A stretch of 64,000 bases of DNA from the NCBI GenBank assembly GCA_937141935.1, contig CAKZQS010000043.1, forward strand, positions 25,152-89,151, written 5' to 3'. Position numbers and translations under genes: made by a program. Each line of letters starts with the position of its first letter. Within the stretch, counting starts at the first letter, position 1. The notes below the pieces were generated by a model. The model did no database searches and was not told where the DNA came from. It saw nothing but the letters and a program-made list of their open reading frames with translations. Below, piece after piece: positions 36,489 through 45,000 of this stretch. The stretch is from an uncultured Ectothiorhodospiraceae bacterium (GTDB lineage: Bacteria > Pseudomonadota > Gammaproteobacteria > Nevskiales > Oceanococcaceae).

Positions 36489-37448
36489 CTAACGCTGCCA
36501 GCGGGCGGGCGCGGGGCCGCCACGGCCGCGCAGCCCCGCCCAGCTTCCCGCCAGCATCGCCGCCAGCTTGCGCAGCCGGCCGGGTTCGAAGGCCAGTACC
36601 TTCGCCGCCAGCTTCAGCCCGCCCAGCGTTTCATAAGCCGCCCAAAAGGGGTGGCGCCAGGCGTGCCGGCGGTACAGGCGGATGCGATTGCGTGCCAGCG
36701 TGTAATGGCGGGCCGCGCCGTGGTGGGTGGGGTACATCGGCAGCCCGCGCGGGCCGCGCCGGGCGGGCCGGCCGATGGCATGGGGCATCCAGGCGCCGGG
36801 CACGGCATAGAGCTGCCAGCCCCGCGTCCGCGCGCGCAGGCAGAGGTCGGTATCGACGAGGTCGATGTACAGGCTGTCGTCGAAATCGCCCAGGGCCTGC
36901 ATCCGGTCCAGCCGAAGCAGCATCCCCGAACTGATGGCCACGTGCACCGGCGTCAGCTCGCGCAGGTCCTGCGCATGCACGAAGCGAAAGCGCCAGGCCC
37001 GGGGCCCACCGCCCACGGCCTGCGGCCAGCGGCAGCGCATCTCGGGCAGCGGGTGGCGCAGCCCCGGCACCACGCCCAGCGCATCGGCCGGCGCCTGCGC
37101 CGCCGCCGCGCGCAGCTGGGCGATGCAGTCGGCATCGATGTCGCTGTCCTGATCCAGCAGCAGGGCGTGGCTGCAGCCGGCCGCGCGCAGCGCCTGCAGG
37201 CCCTGATTGCTGGCGGTGGCAATGCCGGCATTGCGCGCGTTGCGCAGCAGGGTGGCCGGGCCGGCCGGGGGCGGCTGCGCCGAGGCGTTGTCGACCACCA
37301 CCAGGCGCGCCAGCCCGGCCTGCGCCAAGCCTTGCAGCCGCGCCGGCAGGTCCGCGGGGGGGTTGTAGCTGATCAGCACGGCGCCAATGCGCGGCGGCCG
37401 CGGCGCGTCCGCCCCGTCCGGGGACGCAGCCGGTGCACTAAAATGCAC
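36489..37448 (-). CDS. Glycosyltransferase family 2 (rhamnosyltransferase-like, WbbL/RfbQ type)
   Basis: Motifs [25 protein letters not shown], and [18 protein letters not shown], which is typical of this GT2 subgroup. The only plausible start is GTG 37448, 2 nt from the divergent rmlB ATG. Confidence 0.75.
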   Translation of the reverse strand: MHFSAPAASPDGADAPRPPRIGAVLISYNPPADLPARLQGLAQAGLARLVVVDNASAQPPPAGPATLLRNARNAGIATASNQGLQALRAAGCSHALLLDQDSDIDADCIAQLRAAAAQAPADALGVVPGLRHPLPEMRCRWPQAVGGGPRAWRFRFVHAQDLRELTPVHVAISSGMLLRLDRMQALGDFDDSLYIDLVDTDLCLRARTRGWQLYAVPGAWMPHAIGRPARRGPRGLPMYPTHHGAARHYTLARNRIRLYRRHAWRHPFWAAYETLGGLKLAAKVLAFEPGRLRKLAAMLAGSWAGLRGRGGPAPARWQR

Positions 37449-37450
37449 GG

Positions 37451-38548
37451 ATGAAAATTCTGGTGACCGGGGGCGCGGGGTTCATCGGCTCCGCCGTGGT
37501 GCGGGAGGTGTTGGCCAACAGCGCGCATGATATTTGCAATGTCGATGCGCTGACATATGCGGCCTGCCCGGAGGCCTGCGCGGCCGCGGCACAGGCTGCG
37601 GGCCCGCGTTATCGCTTTGTCGAGGCCGACATCTGCGATGCCGCCGCCATGGCGCGCGTCTTTGCCGAGTTCGCGCCGGATGCGGTGATGCACCTGGCCG
37701 CCGAATCCCATGTGGATCGCTCGATCGACGGCCCGGCCGACTTCGTGCGCACCAATGTGCTGGGCACCTTTACGCTGCTGCAGGCGGCGCTGACACATTA
37801 CGAGGGCCTGTCCGGTGCGGCGCGCGAGCGCTTTCGCTTCCACCACGTCAGCACCGACGAGGTCTACGGCAGCCTCGGTCCCACCGGGCTGTTCCGCGAA
37901 GACACCCCTTACGCGCCCAACTCGCCCTATTCGGCCTCGAAGGCGGGTTCGGACCACCTGGTGCGCGCCTGGCACCACACCTACGGGCTGCCGGTGCTGC
38001 TGAGCAACTGCTCCAACAACTACGGGCCCTGGCAGTTCCCGGAGAAGCTGATTCCGGTGGTGATCCTGAAGGCGCTGGCCGGCGAGCCGATCCCGGTCTA
38101 TGGCCAGGGGCTCAACGTGCGCGACTGGCTCTATGTCGAGGACCACGCGCGGGCGCTGCTGCGCGTGCTGGAGGCCGGTGCGCCCGGCGCCGCCTACAAC
38201 ATCGGCGGGCATAACGAATGGACCAACATCGATGTCGTGCGCACGATCTGCGCCCTGCTCGATGAGCTCGCGCCCGGCGCCGCGCCCTACGCGGAGCAGA
38301 TCCAATTTGTGACCGACCGGCCCGGGCATGACGCCCGCTATGCCATCGACGCCGGCAAGATCGCCCGCGAACTGGATTGGACGCCGGCCGAGTCCTTCAC
38401 CAGCGGCCTGCGCAAGACCGTGCAGTGGTACCTGGAGCAGCGGGCGTGGTGCGCGCGCGTGCAGCAGCGTGGCCAGGCCACCGGCCGCCTCGGGCTGCGT
38501 GCGGCCCCGGCCTCGCCCGGCGCGCCGGCGCAGGAGGGCGCCGCATGA
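37451..38548 (+). CDS. rmlB: dTDP-glucose 4,6-dehydratase
   Basis: [17 protein letters not shown] (Rossmann fold), catalytic [13 protein letters not shown], 365 aa. Confidence 0.95.
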   Translation: MKILVTGGAGFIGSAVVREVLANSAHDICNVDALTYAACPEACAAAAQAAGPRYRFVEADICDAAAMARVFAEFAPDAVMHLAAESHVDRSIDGPADFVRTNVLGTFTLLQAALTHYEGLSGAARERFRFHHVSTDEVYGSLGPTGLFREDTPYAPNSPYSASKAGSDHLVRAWHHTYGLPVLLSNCSNNYGPWQFPEKLIPVVILKALAGEPIPVYGQGLNVRDWLYVEDHARALLRVLEAGAPGAAYNIGGHNEWTNIDVVRTICALLDELAPGAAPYAEQIQFVTDRPGHDARYAIDAGKIARELDWTPAESFTSGLRKTVQWYLEQRAWCARVQQRGQATGRLGLRAAPASPGAPAQEGAA

Positions 38549-39420
38549 AGGGCATCATCCTCGCCGGCGGCTCCGGCACGCGGCTGTACCCGGCCACGCA
38601 GGCGGTCTCCAAGCAGCTGCTGCCGGTCTACGACAAGCCGATGATCTATTACCCGCTGACCACGCTGATGCTGGCGGGGATCCGCGAAATCCTGATCATC
38701 TCGACGCCGCAGGACACGCCGCGCTTCGAAGCCCTGCTGGGCGACGGCGCGCAGTGGGGGCTGCAACTCTCCTACTGCGTGCAGCCCTCGCCGGACGGGC
38801 TGGCCCAGGCCTTTTTGCTGGGCGAGCGCTTCATCGACGGCGAGCCCTGTGCGCTGATTCTGGGCGACAACATCTTCTTCGGCCACGACATGGTGCCCGG
38901 CCTGCGCCGCGCCGCCCGCCAGGAAGAGGGGGCCACGGTCTTCGCCTATGCGGTGACCGACCCCGAGCGCTATGGCGTGGTGCATTTCGACCGCGACGGC
39001 CGCGCGCTGGACATCGAGGAAAAGCCGGCCGAGCCCAAGTCCCGCTATGCGGTCACGGGGCTGTATTTCTATGACGCCGCCGTCGTCGAGCACGCCCGGG
39101 CGATTCGCCCCAGCCGCCGCGGCGAGCTGGAGATCACCGACCTGAACCGGCGCTATCTCGAGTCCGGCCGGCTGCGGGTGGAGCGCCTGGGCCGCGGCAC
39201 CGCCTGGCTGGACACCGGTACGCATGACTCCCTGCTCGACGCCGGCCTGTTCATCCACACGCTGGAAAAACGCCAGGGCCTGAAGATCGCCAGCCCCGAG
39301 GAGGTGGCCTTCCGCAGCGGCTTCATCTCGGCTACGCAGCTGCGCGACCTGGCCGCGCCGCTGGTCAAGAGCGGCTATGGCGACTACCTGCTGCGCATTG
39401 CCCAGGAGGAGGGCGCATGA
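38545..39420 (+). CDS. rmlA: Glucose-1-phosphate thymidylyltransferase
   Basis: ATG 38545 (ATGA overlap). [38 protein letters not shown]. Confidence 0.95.
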   Translation: MKGIILAGGSGTRLYPATQAVSKQLLPVYDKPMIYYPLTTLMLAGIREILIISTPQDTPRFEALLGDGAQWGLQLSYCVQPSPDGLAQAFLLGERFIDGEPCALILGDNIFFGHDMVPGLRRAARQEEGATVFAYAVTDPERYGVVHFDRDGRALDIEEKPAEPKSRYAVTGLYFYDAAVVEHARAIRPSRRGELEITDLNRRYLESGRLRVERLGRGTAWLDTGTHDSLLDAGLFIHTLEKRQGLKIASPEEVAFRSGFISATQLRDLAAPLVKSGYGDYLLRIAQEEGA

Positions 39421-39974
39421 AGGTCGAAGCGACCAAACTGGAGGGCGTGCTGAAACTGCAGCCCACCGTGCATGGCGATGCGCGGGGCTGGTTCATGGAA
39501 GCCTTCAACGCCCGCCGCTTCGCCGAGGCCACCGGGCACGGTGCCCCGCTGGTGCAGGACAACCAGTCGCTGTCCGCGCGGGGCGTGCTGCGCGGCCTGC
39601 ATTATCAGGTCGGGCCCAATGCCCAGGCCAAGCTGGTCCGGGTTCTGGCCGGAGAAATCTTTGACGTGGCCGTCGACCTGCGTCGCGGTTCGCCGACCTT
39701 CGGCCGCTGGACCGGCGCCTGGCTGTCGGCGCAGAACCGCACCCAGCTCTGGGTGCCGGTGGGCTTCGCGCACGGCTTCATGGTGACCTCGGAGCAGGCC
39801 GAAGTCCTGTACAAGGTGTCCGCCCCCTACGACCGGGCCGCCGAGCGCGCCGTGCGCTGGGACGACCCGGGCATCGGCATTGAATGGCCCCTCAATGGCG
39901 CGCCCACGCTGTCGGACAAAGACGCGGTGGCGCCGCGGCTGGAACAGGCCGAGGTCTTCGAGGCCGCGGCATGA
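39417..39974 (+). CDS. rmlC: dTDP-4-dehydrorhamnose 3,5-epimerase
   Basis: 185 aa cupin. Motifs [28 protein letters not shown] overlaps at both ends. Confidence 0.95.
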   Translation: MKVEATKLEGVLKLQPTVHGDARGWFMEAFNARRFAEATGHGAPLVQDNQSLSARGVLRGLHYQVGPNAQAKLVRVLAGEIFDVAVDLRRGSPTFGRWTGAWLSAQNRTQLWVPVGFAHGFMVTSEQAEVLYKVSAPYDRAAERAVRWDDPGIGIEWPLNGAPTLSDKDAVAPRLEQAEVFEAAA

Positions 39975-40840
39975 AGCTGCTTCTAACCGGCGCCGGCGGG
40001 CAACTGGGCCAGGCGCTGCTGGCGGCCGTTCCCGCCGGCTGGGCCGTACAGGCGCTGCCGCGCGCGGAATGCGACATCGGCGACGCCGCGGCGGTGCAGG
40101 CGGCCATGGCCCGCCACGCGCCGCAGGCGGTGGTGAACGCCGCCGCCTACACCGCCGTCGACCGGGCCGAGTCCGAGCCCGAGGCGGCTTACCGCTGCAA
40201 CGCCGCGGGGCCGGCCCATCTCGCCCGCGCTTGCCGCGACGCCGGCGTGCGGCTGGTGCATATCAGTACGGATTTCGTCTTCGATGGCCGCCAGTCCACG
40301 CCCTATGCGCCGCAAGACCCGGTTGCACCGCTGGGCGTGTACGGGCAAAGCAAATGGGAGGGCGAGCAGGCGGTGCGGGCGCAGGCCGGTGACGCGGCCA
40401 CCATCCTGCGCACGGCCTGGGTCTATGGGCCCAGCGGCCACAATTTTGTGCGCACGATGCTGCGCCTGCTGGGCGAGCGCGAGGAGTTGGGCGTCGTCAG
40501 CGACCAGATCGGCAGCCCGACCAGCACCGCCAGCCTGGCGCAGGCGATCTACGCGCTGCTGGCCGGCGACGCCGGGCGCGGCGAAACCATGCACTGGACG
40601 GATGCCGGGGTGGCCAGCTGGTACGACTTCGCGCACGCCATCCGCGAGTACGCGCGCGAGGCCCGGCCCGCGCAGCGCTGGGCCGCGCTGCGGCCGATCC
40701 GCACGGCCGAGTACCCCACGCCGGCCCGGCGTCCGGCCTACAGCGTGCTCGACTGCACGCTGCCGGTGGCCGTGCCGCGAGCGCATTGGCGCGAAGCGCT
40801 GCACCCCGTCGTGGCGGCGCTGCTGCGCACCGGGCCATGA
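39971..40840 (+). CDS. rmlD: dTDP-4-dehydrorhamnose reductase
   Basis: ATG 39971. Motifs [36 protein letters not shown]. Confidence 0.9.
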   Translation: MKLLLTGAGGQLGQALLAAVPAGWAVQALPRAECDIGDAAAVQAAMARHAPQAVVNAAAYTAVDRAESEPEAAYRCNAAGPAHLARACRDAGVRLVHISTDFVFDGRQSTPYAPQDPVAPLGVYGQSKWEGEQAVRAQAGDAATILRTAWVYGPSGHNFVRTMLRLLGEREELGVVSDQIGSPTSTASLAQAIYALLAGDAGRGETMHWTDAGVASWYDFAHAIREYAREARPAQRWAALRPIRTAEYPTPARRPAYSVLDCTLPVAVPRAHWREALHPVVAALLRTGP

Positions 40841-42006
40841 GCCGCGCGGCGCTGCCCCGCCGCATCCTGCAGTTCTGGCATGCGGCCACAATCCCGGCGG
40901 ACGTGGCGGCGCTGATGCGCGGCTGGCGCCATGCCCACCCGGGCCATGCGCACCTGTGCCTGAACGATGCGGCCGCCAGGGCCTTTGTCCGGCGGGTGCA
41001 CGCACCGCGGGTGGCACAGGCGCTGCACGACTGCGCCCACCCGGTCCTGCGTGCGGACCTGATTCGCTACGCCTGGCTGGCCGTACACGGTGGGGTGTAC
41101 ATCGACGCCGATGAGCGTTGCATCGCGCCGCTAGGGCCCTTGCTGCAGCGCGTACGGCAGGCGCCGGGCGTCGAGCTGATGGCCGTGCGCAAGCACAACG
41201 GCTGCGTGTCCAACAGCCTGCTCGCGGCCCCGCCGGGCAGCCCCCTGCTCTGGGCGATCCTCGAGCGCACCGTCGACAACATCCTGCAGCGGCGCTCACC
41301 GAACATCTGGGAGGTCAGCGGCCCCGGTGTGGTGGATGCGCTGGTGCGGGCGGCGCCGCCGGAGCGGGTGCGCGTGGTCCCGCTGTCCCGCTGGCGCCGG
41401 CATGCGCGTGTCGAGCCGCAGCTGGCCTACAAGTCGCGGCCGCACTGGTCGCAGGCGCAGAAGCGGCGCTCGATTTTTCGCGTTGCACCGGCGGCCGCGC
41501 ATGCGGACAGCGTGCGTGGCCGGGTCATGGCGCTTCCGCGCCCCGCGCAGCCCGGCTTCCTGCTCGAGGGCGCGGCGCAATTTGCGGCGGTGAAGGCCGC
41601 ATTGCGGGCGGCGCGGGTGCCCCTGGTGGCCTGCCGGGAGGTGCGCGTTCTGAGTGACCCGCAGGCGCGTCTGGCGCGCTGGTGGCTGCCCCTGGCGCAG
41701 ACCGTGCGCCTGCGGCTCGATCCCGCCCCGCCACCACCGCTGGCCCGGAGCCTGCCCTGGGTGCGCGGCGCGGGCGGCTGCGACGAGGCGAGCCCGGCGC
41801 CGGCGGCCCAGCTGCGGGTCGACGTCGAAGCGGCGCCGGCGGGCGCGAATCTGGCGGTCAATGTGGAAGTGACGCCGCAGCTCTACCGCGGGCCGACGCT
41901 CCGCGGCCGCCTGCATACCCCGGCCGGCGCGGTGGCGTGGACCTGCCGGCCACGGCGCACGCCGGCGGAGTCCGCGGTGGGAGCCGCCCGGCGGCGGCGG
42001 CGCTGA
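40837..42006 (+). CDS. Glycosyltransferase family 32-like (Gly_transf_sug / OCH1-type DXD) with unknown C-terminal extension
   Basis: ATG 40837 (ATGA overlap). Motifs ILQFWH and RADLIRYAWLAVHGGVYIDADE. The C-terminal ~170 aa have no recognisable motif. Confidence 0.65.
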   Translation: MSRAALPRRILQFWHAATIPADVAALMRGWRHAHPGHAHLCLNDAAARAFVRRVHAPRVAQALHDCAHPVLRADLIRYAWLAVHGGVYIDADERCIAPLGPLLQRVRQAPGVELMAVRKHNGCVSNSLLAAPPGSPLLWAILERTVDNILQRRSPNIWEVSGPGVVDALVRAAPPERVRVVPLSRWRRHARVEPQLAYKSRPHWSQAQKRRSIFRVAPAAAHADSVRGRVMALPRPAQPGFLLEGAAQFAAVKAALRAARVPLVACREVRVLSDPQARLARWWLPLAQTVRLRLDPAPPPPLARSLPWVRGAGGCDEASPAPAAQLRVDVEAAPAGANLAVNVEVTPQLYRGPTLRGRLHTPAGAVAWTCRPRRTPAESAVGAARRRRR

Positions 42007-42023
42007 GGGCTGCGACTGCGCGG

Positions 42024-42067
42024 GCTCAGGCCTTGCTCAGGCCTTGCTCAGGCCTCGCTCAGGGCCG
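42024..42067. repeat. Four tandem copies of an 11-bp unit (GCTCAGGCCTT) at a convergent gene junction
   Basis: gctcaggcctt gctcaggcctt gctcaggcctc gctcagggccg. The third unit contains the stop codon (42048..42050) of the 1934-aa gene. Confidence 0.85.
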
Positions 42068-45000
42068 GCTCGTGGATGCGCTGGGCCGAGGGCAGGGCTT
42101 GCAGCCAGTGCCGGGCGCGTTGCGCCTGCCGGGTCAGCAGGAAATACATCTCCGCACAGCCGGTCGCGGGGTCCGTGCCGACCGCATTGAGGATATGCAT
42201 CTCCGGCAGCGCCTCGCGGAGCAGCGCGTAGACATCCCGGCCGTAATGCCGGTAGTGGCCGTGGCGGCTCTCGTCGGCATAGCCCCAATCCACCGTGGTT
42301 TCGCGGCGTAAGGGGTCGGGGAAAGACAGAAAGACCAGGCCCTCGGCGGCGGTGATGCGACCGAGTTCCTGCAAGGCGCTGCGGTCGTCCGGAACGTGCT
42401 CAAGCACGTGGTTGCAGATCACCAGCTGATAGGCGCCGTCGGCGCGGTCGATCTGCATCAGGTCCAGCGAGTTGTCGCCGCCGTACTGTGACACCTCCAG
42501 CCCCGCGAACCACTCTCGCGGCACCGCCGGGTCGGCGGAAAACTGCAGCGCCGGATTGCGGCCCGCCAGTTCGGCCTCACCAATGTCCAAGAAGGCCTGG
42601 CGGAAGGCGCGGTGGCGCTCCAGCGACTGGCAGCGCGTGCAGCGCGGCCAGGCCTCGCCGCCGACCGCGCGGCGCCCGCCCGGCCCGGGACCGAACTCGC
42701 GGTGGCCACAGATGTTGCAGGCCGACGCCGCCGTTGCCGTGTCTGCGGCGGCGTCCGGCTGCGGTGTGCCCGGATTCGATGCGGCGTTCTCGCCCGCTTC
42801 CGCCCCCCGGGGCGCGGACCCGGCGCCGGCGACCGGCTCCGGGGCGGCGGCGGGCCGCAGCAGGTGCGGGGGCAGGCCCAGCACCCGCGAGGGCGCGCCG
42901 CGCAACTGCGCCTCGGCCCGCACATCGGCCGCGGCTCCGTCCGCAACCAGCGCAAACATGCGTTCGCCCAGCACCGCCCGCGCGCGGGCGCCCAGTCCCC
43001 GCGGGTCCAGGCGCAGCCCGCGGTGATGCAGCGCCGAGGTGGCCAGCTGCCGGTACACGGCCCGGTCGAAGGGCCGGCTGCCGCAGTCCGGGCAGTCGAA
43101 GCTGATGCGATCGGCGGCGCGGGCGATCTCGCCCGTCCAGCCGCAGAGGTTGCAGCGGGCTGCGTTGTCACCCTGGCAGTGGGCGAGCAGGGGCAGCGTC
43201 TCCTCGAACACCGGGTGCGCGGCCAGCGTGCCCTCGTCCACAAAGCTGTCGAGGCCCGGCCGGGTCTTGTTGGACAAAGCCGCCAGGCCCGGCAGCTCAC
43301 CCAGGCGCAGGCTCTGGCTCTCCAGGTAGTAGCTGTACTCGACGTCCATCAGCGCCTGCGGGCGCTGCGGGCTGAAGCCGCCGTGCTCCTCGTAAACGCT
43401 GCGGCGCAGCACGAACAGACCGCCCTGCACATGCCGGAACTCGCGCTCCGGGTGGGCGCGGGCGAAGTCCTGCGCGCGAAAATCCGCAAACCAGCTCTGC
43501 TCGCTGTAGGCGCGGCCATCCGGCCAGGCCGGTGAGGCGACCAGTTGCCCGCCGAGCGCGATGTCCGGCTCGCGGCGCATGTGGTGCAGCAGCTTGCGCT
43601 CCCAGCCCGCGTGCAGGATCAGGCCCTCGTTGCTGCACACATAAATGATGAACTCCGAGCGCGCGCGCTCCAGCGCCAGGTTCGAGGCCGGCCCGCAGTA
43701 GCGGTTCTCCGGCAGGGCCAGGAGGCGGATGCGGTCATCAGCGGCGATGTGCGCTTCCAGCCGCTCCAGGAAGTCGGCATCGCTGGCGTTATCGACAATG
43801 GTCAGCCGGAAGGGCGTTTGCGTATGCGCACGGACGCTGTCGATCGCACGCTCGGTGGCCTCCCAGTTCCCATAGCCCTCGCGGTGGAAGGTCACCATGA
43901 AGATGTCGAGCGGCGGCGCCAGCGCGAGGTCGAGCAAGGTGTCGACCGGCCGGGCGCTGCCGAACTCGCGCTGGCACCAGGCCTGTCCCTGGGCGCTGAT
44001 CGCCTGCCGCTGCGCCGCCGGCAACTGGAGCACGTCGCGCAGGCCCGCGGCGAGCGCCGCCGGCTCCGCCGCGCTGACAAAGGCCTGGATGCCGTCGCTC
44101 AGGTAGTCGGGGATGGCGGAGACCGCGGTCGTCAGCACCGGTACGCCGGCCGCCATGGCTTCAAGCAGCACCGTCGGCAGGCCGTCGCGATCCCCGTTTT
44201 CGGCTTCGATACAGGGCAGGCAGAAGACATCGGCCTGCGCCAGCAGCGCCTGCAACTCGGCCGCGCCCTCGTAGCCACCGCTGAAATGCACGCGCTCGGC
44301 CACGCCGAGTTCGTGGCTGCGCGCACGCAGCTTCGCCTCCAGCGGCCCGTAACCGGCGATCTGCAGTTCGGCGGCCTCGGCGGGCAACTGGGCCAAGGCC
44401 TCCAGCAACAGCTGCACGCCCTTCTTCTCCACCAGCCGCGTCGCGCAGAGGATGCGCCGGGGGCCGTCGCCATCCTTGCGCGCCGCCGTGGGGGGCGTGG
44501 GCGCGAGGGACACCGCTTGCGGCGTGTAGATGCAACGCTCCGCCGGCACGCCCTGGGACTGCAGGAAGTCGCGATGGTGCGGGCCGTGGACCAGGATGCC
44601 GGCGCAATAGGGGCTGGCGGCGATCTCGGCGATGCGGTTCCGCTGCCGGTTGGCGTGATGGAAGATGTCGACCGCGTGCGGCATCAGGCTGAAGGGCAGC
44701 CCGCAGGCCTCGGCCGCCGGCCACAGCAGCAACGTGCCGCCGGGGTAGGCGAAGTGCCCGTGCACCCAGGTGCGCTCGTCGGCCCGCAGCCGCGCGGCCA
44801 GGTCCTCGGCGTCGGCAACGCGGGTGGCCACGACGGCCGGCAGGTCCTGCGCGGCCCGGTCCGGGGGCTGGCTGTAATACACCCGCACGTCGATGCCGCG
44901 CCGCAGCAGCTCGCGCAGCTCCTCCATCACGAAGGTTTGCGACAGCGCGGGCCAATCCCAGATGACATAGGCCAGGCGCAGCGCCGCGGGGTCCTCAACG

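Noticed and set aside
34231-36492. 753-aa plus-strand ORF opposite the acylase gene
   Set aside because: Shadow ORF. The minus frame has a lipobox, the SNMYG nucleophile site and other penicillin-acylase-family motifs.
39983-41299. 438-aa minus-strand ORF opposite rmlD/GT32, and similar shadow ORFs (19878..21404, 24723..25898, 28069..28896, 27507..28880)
   Set aside because: Same reasoning: there is no motif content, and the opposite strand encodes recognisable proteins.
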